From Vermamoeba vermiformis (lineage: Eukaryota): DNA of 64,000 nt. The stretch spans positions 434,001-498,000 of the forward strand of contig JBEWZL010000011.1 of assembly GCA_045837725.1 (NCBI GenBank), read 5' to 3'. The translations under genes and the position numbers were made by a program. A model generated the notes under the pieces. It was not told the DNA's origin. It ran no database searches and saw only the letters and a program-made list of their open reading frames with translations. How positions within the stretch are numbered: position 1 is the stretch's first letter; each line of letters starts with the position of its first letter. Shown here piece by piece: positions 1 to 14,700 of this stretch.

Positions 1-1594
1 TGCACCGTTGGATGTGTTAGCAGTGTTGTTAAGGCTATTCCCGACATATCCGCAATATAAATTCGATCTCAACGCACCAATCAGCAGCGACAATCATCAG
101 TCATTAGCCCCAGGCTACTTAGTAAGTAAAACTGATTAATTTTTTATTGATCGGTTGAAGTTGGTACATCCGGATCTGAAACATTACTGCTTCATATGTG
201 ATGATTATAATAATCTAATCGGTCTATTTTACATATCAGATTCATCCGCTTGAGTTCTGCGTGGCTATCAATGCTGCGGATGCGTTCAATTTCTTAAAGA
301 AGAACGGATCCAAGCTCGACAAAGAGGCACCGTACTTGCCTTTAGCATTATATAATAATCGATTGAATACAACACATCTCGTTCAAGAAATTGTTGCGAA
401 CAAATACGGTAAGCAATATAATACAATAATACCATAAAAACCAAAATGAAATTGACTAATATTGACTATTTTTTCCAAGAAATCAACAAACCTTTACCCG
501 CGTACCTTCAATATATCGAGGCAACCACCATTTTAGGCTGGACGTTACGTTACTTTAAAGATAGCGAATCTACATCCCGTGTGGATCATTGGTAAGCTTT
601 ATCTCATTTAAGCTAATATTCAATACGAATTACTCTCGTTTTAGTAAAAACGTTGAATTCTTTAAAATTAAGCACTAAACTAAATCTTGAGATGGCTAGC
701 TGACTATAGTTATTAAATATATGGTATCATATTCCTATAACTTAAACAATACCAAATAATCACTTGGTGTTGTTCCAACGGTTAAGATCTGGATCCGCTA
801 AATTAATAATAATTTCGTCAGATCAGCCTAAGTGACCACCAAACACAAGCTTATATTGAATTATTATATTAAACTTATTGAAACGAGAGTAATTGTCGTG
901 GTTTAGGTTCATTGAGTACTTGTTGAACAACGGTGCAAAGTTGGCGAAAGAAGAGGAAGAAAAGTATTTGAATATAGAACCGACGCACTGGGCCTATAAA
1001 GCAGCGCATATAGCAAAACAACCCACTGGGTACAGTACGCTGCCTCGTCGAGTGTAAGATCCACATCCAATATTTTTTTTGCAATGAGTGAAAGAACTCA
1101 TCTCATGTGTTTTACCTAATTAGGAAAATTGACTTTGGCAATCGCACTAGCGTCCAATTCCAAGACCCTCATCTAGGATATTCTTTGCTCTTAAACAGTA
1201 CTGGCGAGTTCCAGTGCGTCAAATGTACGTAGTTCCTAAAAAGGAAATAATGTAACTTTTAGACTTGGTTTAAAATGTAGACTAATGCTATTTTAAAAGC
1301 TGGCACGTACACGGGCAATTGGATCCCGGGCAATCAAAAGGGCACGATTGTTTGTAAATCAGCGAAGAAGCGACAATATATCAGCTGGGGCAGCTATGGC
1401 TATGGTGGTGAAGAAGTTGTTAATGACAACTCTATATTCAAGTTTTACGTGGTTTTGTAAGGACGATGATCGAAATTTCAATATCGGCAGTATTTAATAA
1501 CTACTATTTTAGGATGTACGATGATACGATTGCTGTTATGCTCGACAACGTTCCACAAGATTCATATAAGGATTTGTGGAGAGTTTATCAGTAA
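1..1594 (+). CDS. 5'-truncated multi-exon gene, possibly ankyrin-repeat-like protein
   Basis: Open exons joined by GT-AG introns: ...APLDVLAVLLRLF..., IHPLEFCVAINAADAFNFLKKNGSKLD, FIEYLLNNGAKL (ankyrin-like 'LL.NGA' helix), ending ...DLWRVYQ* at TAA 1592-1594. Confidence 0.55.
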
Positions 1595-2014
1595 AAAGTT
1601 CGACTCTCGAAATATCCAACTTTTGAAAGGTCGATTAAAAAATTTCCGCCCCTAATTAGTACGTTTAATCAAGCACCTACAGCACTTTGTTCCAGCATCC
1701 AAGTTGCAGTTTAACGGTCACGTAACTCTGGCACTAACGGCTGAACCCAAATCGAACAGTCGATGACTCGAAGGTCACAACGATTTGGACGATAAAGGAC
1801 TTTGTCCAAGCTGCACCATGCTGCCAATTCACAAAAAAATAATTCGTCGCGGAACGGCGGCTCAAACACAACGCGCAGATAATACTTATTGTTCGATGAA
1901 ACATGAGTTTCCTATTTTGGAAATGAACAGACGAACCGATTGTCTTAGCAATCGCGTTGACTAAAGAAGTTAAGTTTGACTTGAATATAAGATAGACACA
2001 AAACGTTTAATTTT

Positions 2015-2846
2015 TCACTTTTGAAGCAGCGACATGACGATAAAATCTTGTCTGTACGGATCTAGCGCTGCCTCCCAAGATATCGAGCCAGTTCTGCAAA
2101 TAGGACACGGCAATTCTTTCTTGTTCTGCGATTGTTGGTGCCACACAGTGAGCCAGCGAGGGTAGCAGACCATGCACAAGCGATCGTCGTTGCTACATCC
2201 AGGGATCTGGTGACAAAAGTCCTTAACTTGCAATCGCAAGCACAGCCCGCATTTAACCTCGTTTGTTGAACTTGCATAAGCAAGATTGATGTTTTGCTGC
2301 TGCAAGTCCGTTCTGAGGTTGGATCTTGAAAGAACGTTTTTCTCAGAATTATTGTTCTCAGATCCAGCGTCGCCTTCATCCACAACGATAGTATGAGTGC
2401 TTCTAGTTTGATATGGCTTTGGCGTAACAATAACAGTCGCTACTTCGACCTTCTTCCCGACCTCTCTTTTGCTGCTACTAGTCTGCGCCACTCTTCGCTA
2501 GCCAAAGAATTAATTCCAACGCAATTATTAATTAAATTTCATAATTAATACCTTTTCAGGATTATTCGTCCCTTTGTTTGATTCGTACTATTTACAAATT
2601 ACGTTAAAATGTTAATTTTCAGAACAAAATAAATGCGCTTACCGCCTTGCATATCTTGACGAATCCGTGGGCTCTATGAAACACCTTATGCGTCGTACAG
2701 TAGTCTTCTATGGCAGTACCACATCTCGGACACAATCTGGATGTGCTTGGTTTTTGGATCAAAGCTGTTTCTTTGGTGTTGTATAATGCGCACGTCTTTT
2801 TGCCACATCTCCATATAGGCCTAGTGCAACGTGCATTGACGTTCAT
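2015..2846 (-). CDS. RING-finger protein with N-terminal Cys/His-rich zinc-binding segment
   Basis: Last exon has CGLC...CHQIPGC...LCMVC...CPICR (RING-like spacing). Exon 1 from ATG 2846 has C-x4-C, CPRC, C-x2-H. Joined through a short middle exon by GT-AG introns. Confidence 0.65.
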
Positions 2847-2994
2847 ATTTAATATGACTAATATGACTATGAGTGGTTCTACAGAATTATCAATTCTGAA
2901 CAAAAAATTTTGGCTTGTAAAAGATTTTTGGGGTTAAAAATAATTTTAATAGTGAATTTACATGATAAGAACGCTACTTAAATCGTTCTTAAGT

Positions 2995-5900
2995 CTAATT
3001 AAACAAAATATTTTGGAACTGTTTTTCCAGATTCAACTTGACCGTCTTAGATCTGAAAGCAGCTTGTGGTCCTTGCGTAAAATATTCTTCTAGTGACCTT
3101 CGTACTTGTTGTAAGCAGGCTACACTGTCTTGCAAGTTCATTCTGTTCACATCCGTGTTCAAAACTGCATCGAAGAACTTCTCCCATAGAGCAACATCGA
3201 AAAATCTAAATAATAGTATAATATTAATATCATGCTTATAAAGACCATGGAAATATTATTTCTAAGCTTTACCTCTTAATAGGAGTGCGGATCTTGATCC
3301 TGTTCTTAGCGTCGACTTGGATCTCGATTGGCTTGCCGTGCAAGACATAATGTACAATATCAGCCAAACCAAAATAATCCAACTATAAGAAAATACCATT
3401 ATTATACCGCTTTATAACAATAAAAAATTAACCTTAAAATTTTTCCTAACATGGAAATCGCGTACTGGATCCGTACTCGAGTTTAACTCGCTTTTAAAAT
3501 AATTAAATATTATAATTAAGTACTTACGCCAACAGCAGAGTTCGGGTTTCGTTGATAATAAACATTTTGTTCGCAGCTGGCGACCAAAGCAGAGACATCA
3601 TAAGCAACACCTGGAGCGAAGCACTGAGTGTCGATACTTCGCAAGTGATGCGCTAATTGCAAGCCCTATATTCATATAACATTAAGAAAATTGTCGAAGA
3701 ACCAGATAGAAGAAATTTTTCGGGATCAAGTATTGAGATCTGATTTTTACCTTATTCTCCCATCCAGCAGCGTCAGGTCGGTACAAATTATCCCATCGGT
3801 CACTATATAATAGGATTAGTATTCCTTGGTCATTATTGTCATTTTTGAGTTTTAAAGCGAATCTGATCCTCTAAGTAGTTAACTTACCAAGCTTGGTTCT
3901 TAATGAACAGATTATTAGCATTGAAATTGCAGTGCACAATGCCATATGAATGCAGAGTCTCGATGATGCGCACGGCTTCAATGGCGTAATATACAATAAT
4001 GCCTTCATCAGGACTCGTGTTCTTAGCACTGTACAGATCTCGCAACGTCTAATTAAATTAAATTAGTATACATGTTAACCATTATTATAATATGTAGTAA
4101 GGAGTATTAAAGATGCGTTAAAGGAATTTTAAGCGAGATCTGAGCACGTACCTTCAAGCTGCCGAATTCAGGGTAGTTCAATAAGACAAAGCTGCAGTTC
4201 TTATAGACATAGGCCAAGTGGTAAGGAGCAAACAAGGATTGCTATTGAAATAGGAACTATTAGTACCAAGATCCAGACCGTTACAAAACTCGATCTCGTT
4301 GAAACTTACCAACTTTGAATCTCCAAATGTTCGTTCTTGGATCTTACGAGCAACATAGAACTCCCAAGGGCAAGGAGGTGATTGGATCTTGAGCATAAAG
4401 ACTTTTTGTGGATCCGCTGAAGATTCGGCCACGTTTTGAGCAACAAAGTAGCCTTCGCCGTTTTCCACGTATAGTCTGCTACTTAGTCTCAACACGGTGA
4501 CGTTGTCGAGTTGCAAGGTAATGCCATCGACATTAGGAGCGTTGAAAAGAGTCTCTAAGCTACCGATCTCTTCGCTGCGTTTATCCGCTACTTTCGGATC
4601 CATGCACAAACTAGCGTTCATGACGGCCTCGTTGTATTCGGCAGCAACTGATAGCGTAGCAGGATGGTAGAGATCCACAACTAAACGAAAATATTAGTAC
4701 AAAGTCGAATCCGAGAACGGATGCGTTTCTTACTGTTATTAGCGCCACTGGAAAGTTGAGGAGTAGGAATACCGACAAAACTAACATTATTGACCTCATT
4801 AGCATTATAGTTAGCCAACAAGTTCAAGTTCTGAGTCATGATGGTATTGTTATGCAAGATCGAGGAAAGATCCGCAGTGTTAATGTTGCTGCCTTGGCTA
4901 ATATCCAAATCGAAGGTAAAGTCATTAGTAGTCGACAATCTCTTCGATCTGGCTTGTTGCTTAACGGTCATTGTAGTGCCGTTAGGACCTGGATGCGACG
5001 AGCCTTGGGAAGTAGCTGTAGACGCGGTATGGCTGCTTGTGTTGTTTGACTGCGTAGGAGCAGCAATTTGGTGAATATGGCTCAAAGGACCAGCTATAAT
5101 TAATGACGAAAGGTTAGTACAAATTTCGGATTCGCATCCACATCCGAAACTTACTGCTAGCAGTGAAGCTAGTGTTGAGCAATTGACCACCAATACCACT
5201 CATGTTATTCAAACCGCCAATACTGCTATTGATGCTGCTATCAAGAGCTGACTTGCCTAAACGGATCAGGTTAACTCGCGTACCTCAAAAAATGTTAAGT
5301 TGTTATTCATTGAACTTACTATTAGCCATCATCATGTTCATGCCATGGACACCACTGCTACGGTGGTTCTTAAGCGAGGGCTGTTGAGGCACTGGAATGG
5401 TAGCTACAGCGACGGGATTAGCGTTGCTAACAGCAGCGTTGATGTTGCTCTCGGTCAATTCAAAGACATTAAAATCAACATCTTCATCGTCAATATCGAA
5501 GAAGACGGAGCCGTCCAAGCTTTGGTTATTTTGAGTGCTATGAACCATTTGTTGGTGGTGCTGGTGACCGCCGGCAAGTTGCGAAGGAGTATTTACAGGT
5601 GCGCCATTGTACATCATTTGGAAGGGCTGAGTAGACGTAGAATTGATGCTCATATTGCTCGATGAAGTAGTTCCCGTAGATTTCGAGGAAGAGGCCAAGG
5701 AGCCCATGTTCATAATGGTATTCTTGCGCGTTTGAGGCGATACATTGAAGCTTGTACCAACGCTCGATGAAGAGTTCGAAAGATTATTGTTGTACTTAGC
5801 GTCTATATACGCACGTAATCATTAGTAGTCGTTACAAAACGCGAAATTTCATTTGAAAATTATTTTTGTAGCACTTACCGTCGTTATTCTCGTCTTCAAA

Positions 5901-8536
5901 AGGCTCTTCGGGGATAAAAGTAACGTAATCGGGAGCATTAGCGAAGGTAAGCTTGCTCTTCTTGCGATCTTGGTACAAACCAATCGAATCGCGTTTTCTG
6001 AAACGAGATCTCTTCGCAGCAGCCTCGTCTTCGTCCTCTTCATCGCCGTCTTGAGACTGGTTAGCGTTAGAGCTAAGGTCCATTGGCTGAACAAATGAGA
6101 CGCGAGCATTAGAGCCCAAAGACTTGCGAGTATTAGCAACAGGAGCATTTTCTTTGTCTTCGAAAATTGTAACTAAAAAATCGATTAGAAAAGCCCGCTT
6201 AATAATTATTCTAGTGGCTTACCTTGTTGCTCTTTAGGCTTAGTCCAGGCTTGAAGGGCACCAGCATTGAAGACAGCAACGCCGCTAGGTTGTTCGTCGG
6301 TCATCATCGGATCTTCAAAGATCTCAAAGTTTTGAACCGGTTTTTGAATAGGCACAACAATAGTAGTAGTTTCGTTGCCTTGAGTGCTATTAACACTATT
6401 GTAACCGTCGTCTTCTTCCATTTGCTTAGTCGCAGATTTCGCGGAAGGCAAGAACGTGTTGAACATATTCATAACGTCGTGATAAGCCTCGCGAGTATGA
6501 ACGGTCAAGTACTCAGTAGCCTCCTCGCCAAAGCTCTCGCTCATCTTCTTTTCTTCGCGAACAGGAGCGGAAGGCGCGGGCATATTTTCCTTGTCTTGCG
6601 CTACGAAGACGGTGCCCAACGGCGTCTTTGCCTATTTTAGTAATCATTAGAGGACTGTATAATTGATATGTATTGATGTACTTACCTTCGTGGGCATGGG
6701 CATAACGGGTGTCATGTTTTCTTTGTCTTGCAAGGGTTGCTTGGCTTGAGGTTTAGAGACGGATCCAGGGGCTTGGACCAAACCGCTCAAGTTATCGCTG
6801 AGATTAGACTTGACTTCTGACATATGTGCATCGTCAAAGGTGAGCTTTTGAGGCTTAAACGGTTGATCGGCAGGGTTTGCAAATGAAGCCATCGAAGGTA
6901 AAAACCCAACGGGTTGGATCTGTTGAACTTGTTGCACGGGCTGAGGTTGCGCAGGCTTGGGAACGTTGTTAACTTGTTGCTTTGGCTCTTGTTTAGGCTG
7001 CGCAACTTGCTTTTGAGGCTTAGGCTTGGGTTTGAGCCAAATCTTAGCGGGAATCTTATCACCGTTTTGCCAACGTTGTCTGTAACCCACGATACCAGCA
7101 CGGATCTCCTCGAAGCAAAACTCTTCATTTTCTTGAGGATAGACCATTTCATCTGAATACTGGATTTGCTCCAAACGACCGTCATCTGTAAAGTATCGTT
7201 AGAGGATATCAAGAGAAGATGTGTTTGTTTCAGACTTACCGAATCTGCGGATGCGGTTGCTTCCAACACGAACAATGGTGCTAACAGTGCGCGACAACAT
7301 GGGTGCCTTGCTAGGGGCAGGTTGAGGTACTTGAGGCACTTGCATTTGAGGCTGGCTGAACGATTGCATGGAAGGCACAGCGACTTGAACTTGTGCCACA
7401 GGTTGATGTTGCTTAGGTGCTTGTTGCTGTTGCATAGCGTTCATTGACATATTAGGAAATGACGGCATTTGAATGCTGAGACTCATATCAGAACCAGTTG
7501 AATTGATCAACGGGTTCAATTGCTGCAAGGGCTTCTGTTGTTGCGGAACGAGCACGGGATCTGTGACGTCGTTAGATTATTGCCAGTGGCAGGTACTATA
7601 TAATCCTATTAGTTACCTTGTCTTGGAGCCAAAGGATTACGTTGTACAGGCGCTGCAACTTGCGGTTGAGCTTGGATCTGAAGATTATGGCGTTGCTGAA
7701 AAAAAAAATTGTCAGTACGCGCACAAGAAACTCAACGAATAAGACATTAAGAATAATATTAATAACGTATAGTTGGTCGTATTAATATACTTACTTGAAT
7801 TTCCTTGTATTTTTGTACGAACTTTTCAGCCATGTTTTGAGGCATTTTAGGCAAGCCCATTTGGAACACGCGCTCGCAGTCCTGTGCTTTGCCACTACAA
7901 TATTGAAGGTTAATATAATATCACCCCGAGTAGCACATGCGATTGACGTACTTTTGACCCAAGACCATCAACCAGGCTGAGAAGAAAATGAAGGGTTTTT
8001 CCGCTGCCAAGGGCTTAGAGTGGAGCATGACGAAAATGTCCTCGGCGAGAGAAGAATATGATTCGCATAATTTCAGCCACACTTTAATGTCTTGGTTGAT
8101 TGCTGAAAATCGCTCACAAAGAGAGCCCATCCGCTGACGGTATTGGGCAACGTCAGATTTGAAAGTTTTATCGGTCCATTCGAAGTATCTACGTTAAATA
8201 ATCGTACATTTAATAAAAAATCATTTGCACGAGGAATAAATAAATTCTTACCTTAACCAAGCATTTTGAAGATCAACGCCGGTGTAGTGCTTAATTGCCT
8301 CTTCATATCGCCTAAAATTTCGTTAATAATCAAAATTAAATCGAGCATGGATAATATCGACAAATTTAATGATTGAATAATGAATTTTTTTGTTGCAATC
8401 CACAAACAAAAATTTAAAAATGGAGTTTAAATGCTTACAATCGTTGAGACTCGATATTCTCTTGATCAGATTTGATATTGCTTAACCTCTTTTGTTGAGG
8501 AATATTGGGAAGGGCGTTTTCTTTAGCAAAACTCAT
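2995..8536 (-). CDS. BUB1: Spindle-checkpoint MadBub (Bub1/BubR1 family) protein with degenerate kinase domain
   Basis: N-terminal KEN (MSFAKENALP), helical Mad3/Bub1 TPR region, GLEBS-like EEFCFEEIRA, CD1-like LTVHTREAYHDVMNMFN, ABBA-like FEIFED and VTIFED, further KEN boxes, Bub1-type kinase signature LKIQSPPCPWEFYV. Stop at 2995-2997. Confidence 0.88.
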
Positions 8537-8760
8537 CTTCGACTTTCTATCTGATCTTCGTATTTACCAAACAAGCACTATCGAAACAAATAAATATAAT
8601 TCGAATAGTGATGTGGCGAAGGCAGGATTTGGACTGAAAATGAAACTAACGAACAAAAAATTTAAAAACAAATGCGCGCGAACTTTTGGCGGGCAATTAA
8701 TTTTTCGTGTCTCCGAGTTAGTTTCACTTCTACAAAGCTCCATAATATCAATACATACAT

Positions 8761-9581
8761 CTATTTTTTATTATTAGCGTTACACCATTTCAAAACTTCG
8801 TTAGCGCTTTCAGCGGGTGGAAACACTGGATAGAACACCTTGACGATCACGCCTTTTTCGATTATTAGCGTTATTCTCTTCGTTAATATTAAGTTATCGA
8901 TTTCGAATGTAGGCAGACGTATTTCCTTCGCTAGTTTCAGCTCGTAATCGCTTAGCAGTGCAAAAGGTAATTGTAATCTCGTTGTCACTTCCTTCTGGTA
9001 ATCTGACGGCTGCGTACTTAATCCAAAAATAGCTGAACAACCTTCTTCTAATATTTCTTTATATTTATCGCGGAAAGCGCACGCCTGCGGAGTACATCCA
9101 CGAGCCCCTGATCACGGGAATTCGTTATTCGGCAATATTTTAATAAGCCGTTAGCGTCATACATACCAGGTATATCGTTCCATCCCTTAGGTGGGTATTG
9201 ATCAGGTCTAAATGCCAGCGGAAATTATTAAATATCTCGATCGAGGTACAGTACATTTTAGTCTGCAGTCTATCATACCTTATAGTCTTTGGATAGCAAT
9301 ATACAACTATTTTTCCCGGTAAAGTTGACAAATCTACCATTTCACCGGTTGTTGAGCTTAGAGAAATAGAAGGCATTTTTAATCCAGTTAAATGATCCGC
9401 AGCTCCATCGTCTAAAGAAATCCAAAGTTAGAGTATTAATAAAATATATAATTTTGTAATTTTTGAAATAATTTAAGCAAACGGAACCGCGCAAGTTGAA
9501 TTTTTTTCTGATCTTACCAACAGGAATGACCTGATCTCTTGGAACAAGTCCTAAACTATCCCTCTTATTGATAGACATCAT
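8761..9581 (-). CDS. Peroxiredoxin (BCP/PrxQ-like redoxin)
   Basis: Spliced product contains DDGAADHLTG, VVYCYPKT, IPGARGCTPQACAFRD (PxxxTxxC peroxidatic motif), LPFALLSD, KRITLII, VFYPVFPP. Confidence 0.88.
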
Positions 9582-9736
9582 AATATAGTACGTACATACT
9601 GGTACAAAATTCTAATAGCTCCTAAATTTCATGCGGGCCTAAAATTTTTGCGCAGCGAAAATTGGCTGAGATTTTCAGACAAACACGTCATGAAGAATGT
9701 TCAATTTACTAATATTTTTTAATTATACGAAGAGAC

Positions 9737-11620
9737 ATGGCTTTTAGTTTATTAAACAAGCGTGTATTTAGTTTGAGTGCGCAGATGCACTTTGTCCCTA
9801 AGCGGACATTTGCCACCGCCGGCAAATTATTTGCACCTGCTGCTATTGGTGCCAGCAAGGCTCCTAAGGGCTTATTTTCGAATACCAAGTAAGAATAAAT
9901 GAAGTTTATTGCCGTGCAAATACACATATTTTTTGTAATTCGGATCCAAAATTATTTTCTCGCTTGTAAAAATTTCAAAAATTAATTTAATTATTCTTAG
10001 GAGCAACCAAACTCAATTAATGCTTTCAGCACCACAAAAGTCAAATTTAAACTTTTCAGAAAAAGAATTTAAGGCATTCTGGTTTGCCAATACAGCTGCC
10101 GTGGGCTTTTTAAGCGCTCGAGGCATGGCTTTCACTCGCCGACGAAGAAGAACAGCCGTTGCTACACAAGAAGAAGAACAAACTCAACAACAAAACCAAA
10201 CTATGGTACGTCACGATCTTTTTGTTGCGGATTGACATCCAGATCGCTAAGCTCAACATTCCTAAAATAATATACAATATCATAATATAAGCGTCATTCT
10301 TAAAATTCAATTTCACGTGGCAATTCGTAAAATTGCAACTGGATCTGAAAATGAACTCACGGCTGGAGAAACGGAGATACTCCAATTAAACTAACAATAC
10401 AAAATAATAATATTAGAGGTGATATTAATTATGACATTATTATTTTAGCAACCGTACGAGCAACAACAACAACAAACATCTCAATACGGTCAACAACAGT
10501 ACCAACAAGACCAACAACAGCAACAAGAGCCGGAATATGCTGAAGGCATGACGACTGGCGAGTTACTGTAAGTCACGTGACTATTTAACGTGTTGTGCGT
10601 GAACTGCCAAAGCACATTTATTGACACGTGGATCTACCTCAGGACCCCACAAGTTCAAGCTTATGTTAGCAAAGTATATAGATTTATGGCCGGCATGACT
10701 GGCGCCGCTATTGCTGGTGGCGTCGCTGGTGCAGCACTCGGAATCCCGCCTTTGCTCGGTTTCTTGGGGTGAGTCAGATCCGACCCGAACATTGACACTT
10801 CGAGGGACTAACTTTTTTTGTTAAAATGATAGTGGTTTGGGCTGTTTGCTCGGTGTCATGTTTGCGCCACGCGAAAAAGTTCGATTACGCGAGTTGTTGG
10901 GCTACGGCTTTGGTGCTTTGCAAGGAGCCAGCATTGGCATGTTTGTCTCATTCTTCAGCCCTGGGTAAGTCCCTTTAGAATAATCGTCTAATAACACCAA
11001 CATTGACACGTGTCACGTAGTGTCATTGCCGCTGCTGCCCTGGGCACGTTGGCTATCTTCGGTGGCTTCAGTTTGGCCGCGCTTCGTGCTGATCGTGCCG
11101 CGTACATCAAGTACGGAGGCATTTTGTTCGGCGCCTTGATCTTCCTCGTAAGTATTATACGGAATTATATGATATAGATGCTAGGGACTAACATTGCATT
11201 AGGTTCTTGCTGGTCTTGGAGGCATGCTCGCTTCATACATGGGCTGGGCTAGTGCTGGTTTTATGAAGGTATGTAATTCAACTCGAAAAAATCTCCCGTG
11301 CAATCTCGCGATTTAATTTTATATTCGTGCGCGGTAGTACTTTCAAGGCTAATTATTGCTATTATAGGCCCTTTACAACATTAACTTGTGGTTCGGTCTC
11401 GGTCTGTTCAGCGTGTTCATCAGCTTCGATACTCAACGCATGATCGACAGTGCTTACCAAGGCATCACTGACCACGTCTCTGACGCGTTGAACATGTTCA
11501 TGAGTACGTACTGGAAATTTATTACCGTATAAGGAAATAACGAAAACTAACCGTCCTTTTTTAGACTTGTTCAACATTTTCATTCGCTTGCTCCAAATCT
11601 TCGGTGGTCGTGACGAATAA
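9737..11620 (+). CDS. Bax inhibitor-1 family membrane protein, GHITM/MICS1-like, with predicted mitochondrial presequence
   Basis: Basic, acid-free N-terminus MAFSLLNKRVFSLSAQMHFVPKRTFATA. Gly/Ala-rich TM helices. C-terminal BI-1 signature FISFDTQRMI...DHVSDALNMFMNLFNIFIRLLQIF. Confidence 0.85.
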
Positions 11621-11725
11621 GATTATGCATTTTTAACTCTGTTTATTAATAAATTTTAGTTTTTTACATTACATAACAGATCTGGATCTTCAAACCGTTA
11701 ACCGAATTGATATTGGCACATAGTC

Positions 11726-14700
11726 TTACATCATCAAACAGCGCTTCTTGTCCTTGGCTACTTCAGTCTGATTGAAAAAATGAACAAGAGCAAGATCCAA
11801 CGCTGTATTGATCACTTTTTCAACATTGTAACCGGTCAACGAACTGAACGGAATAAAATCTTTAGCTCCAATTCGTTGACGAAGTTCTTCTGCCTAGCAA
11901 TAGGTATTCATGAGACTCAGAATATTTCATTTTTCTGAGAATTAATTGTTGGATCTTTACCTGCTCATCGGTGATTGCCTTCAAATTTCTTTCCCTCAAT
12001 AGCTCAAGAGTAGAAGGGTTTTCTCTATAATGGGCCATATTTCAGTAAGAGTCACGGCCAAGAACAAACATTGTACTGACCTCAAATCTGCTTTAGATCC
12101 GACGAGCAATCTAACAGCGTCTGGAACGTGATGTGTAACTTCAGGATACCACTATATCGCATTAATATACATTGAGAAGACTTCATTACCTTTTCTGTAA
12201 TGCTCGCGTAAGAAGCCGGTGAGATAAATGAAAACCTGCTATCCAGAGTTAATTCGTCAGATAATTAAATTAATATAGGATTAATAGAACTCGTACATCA
12301 TAATAAAAACATCGGTGCCGGGGTAGCTCAAAGGACCTTTAAAGTACATCCGTTAATTTACCGCCACAGTCTCAATTTTTGTCTACTTACGGAGTCTGTC
12401 ATAGTCTTCGCCACCTCCACAAACGTCCCATAATGAAAATCTAGCACAATAGTCGATTACTAACTTAAATTTCTCTTTAAAGCAGTGCGCATCCAAACTT
12501 ACGCAACCGGGATGTTATTATGAAGGATCGCTATCAATGAAGTATTAACTTCCTATTCTTAAGTAATGGGTGTAATAACTTACGCACTGTAACATTATCA
12601 AAAACAGTTGGAACGTAGTCATCTAAGGAGATCGGATCAGATCAGCCGTTACACGAAGTACCATGAGCACTTACCAGGAAAAACTCCGCTAGTGTATCTC
12701 ATAATGAAGCATGTCTTGCCAACTACATCAATGAAGTTAGTCGATTAGCCAAAGCAACGTAGATCTGATAAAGGTTTGTACCTGCACCGCATCCGACAAC
12801 CATGAGCTTAATCGCCAAGCCTCGCTGTTGTGGTCCAGTTTCCCACGGTATTTTTGGCTTATTTTCGACTTTAACGACTGCATTGTAAGAGCAATTAGTG
12901 TCTGAGTGAGTGTAGTACACTTTTTACGTACGCTTCAGAAGATTTTTGTAATGCTGAGCTGACTGAACCTTCAAATCGGTCATTTTGTCTAAATAAGATA
13001 TTGTTATGATAAAGCGTTACAGAAGGTCACCTACCTGATTCCGGGTTCACGATCAGATCTCGCCACTAAATAAAGTATTAGATATCAGAGTATTATTACA
13101 GTCATCTGTCTTACTAAATAAGGCTCGTCAGTAAGTTGTTTCCATTGTTTGCTGACGGAGTTAGCTCGGGTCAATGAGACCAGATCCAGTTTCTCGAACA
13201 CTTTCATAAGAATTTCCGTCGGTATCATAGGCACGAGATTGATACGAATAGGTATCTTAACGAAGTCATTGAAGGCTAGATCTTCGTTATTGCGTCCACC
13301 GAATACAAGCAAGAAGCCTTGAAGTGTGAGAGCGGAGTGAAAGTAGCGAGGAGCAGGGGTGTTGTGGCTTTTTTTGTCGCTTGTCAAATTCTTCCAGGAC
13401 TTCTTGGAAAGATTGAACGACCACAATTGATTGTATGCTTCTTTGCCATTCGTGCCTCCAAACATGAGAAGTGTTGGTGCCAAGTCACCACCGACCCAAG
13501 TCCACGTGTGACCGTACCTTCATCGCATTAGCTTACAGATACCAATATTCATATTATAATCGTACCTTGCAGATGGTTTAGCACCCTTCACCTTGACTTC
13601 TTTCCATGTATGATTGACTGATATGACTATATTAGTACGATATGACAGTGTCACGAAGTCACTCACTCAAGTCGAATTCCCACACATTGTTATCTGCATC
13701 ACGACCTCCAAACAGCATCATCTTGTCGTGATATATGACACACGCGTGATGGAAGCGAGGAGAAGGTGTGGCTTGTGACTTCGATTTGATGAGTTCCCAC
13801 GAGTGTTGTTGCAAGTCGAACATGAACACTTCGTTGCTCGTGAAGCTATCATTGTCGTAGCCTCCAAACACGACCTGATATATTAAGGATGCGTTACAAT
13901 AGTAGCACTATATGCTTGTTCCAACGTACCATCTTGTCGTTCCAAACACAAGCAGAGTGACCATATCTTCGTGAGGGAACTGTTCCTGTCACTTCAAGTT
14001 TGACCCACTTGTTCTTAGCTGAGATAATAAGCACGTTCCGTTAGTTTTATGCGTTATATTTGCACGTGCTTTGGTGCCCTATTGGTGCACGTGATCGTTA
14101 ACATACTCGTGTCCAAACAATGAACATCATTGTAGTACCCGTTACTCTTGCCGCCTATTTATGCTATGACTTAGCAACATGGTTAATGATAATCATAGTA
14201 TTGTTTACCAAAGACGTAAAGACACTTGTTGAAAACAACAGTTGAATGGAAATGTCTTCCGTGTTCGAACAATTTCATTTCTGAAGGCGGCAAGAATGAA
14301 AGGCTTTCTGTAGTCGTATTAGTATGTTATTATAGAGCCTTGATATGTTATTATCTTACCGAAATCGAATTCAAGAAGCTCTCGACAGAATTGACCCTTC
14401 GCATCTCCTCCTCCTGAAGCGCGGTAAAGTCAAAAAATATTTATTAATATAATATTAATAATTTTTTACTTACCAAGCACATACATCATCGAGAATACGC
14501 CATTCGTCACTTCAAAGGCTTAAATTTGAAAAAAAATTTAATAATTAAATGAGGGAATTAAAAACTTAACTTACGCGGCATAAAATTTTTTTTTCGCGCT
14601 TAAGTTATGTGGCGTAAAAAATTATTCCTCAAATGGGTTTCAAACTTAACTTATCTTTTTTCTCAAATCAACCGCAACCTTGAGCGACGCTCAAAAATTA

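Noticed and set aside
8761-9581. Bacterial-like peroxiredoxin as contamination or recent transfer
   Set aside because: It has host-type spliceosomal introns and the subfamily is known in eukaryotes.
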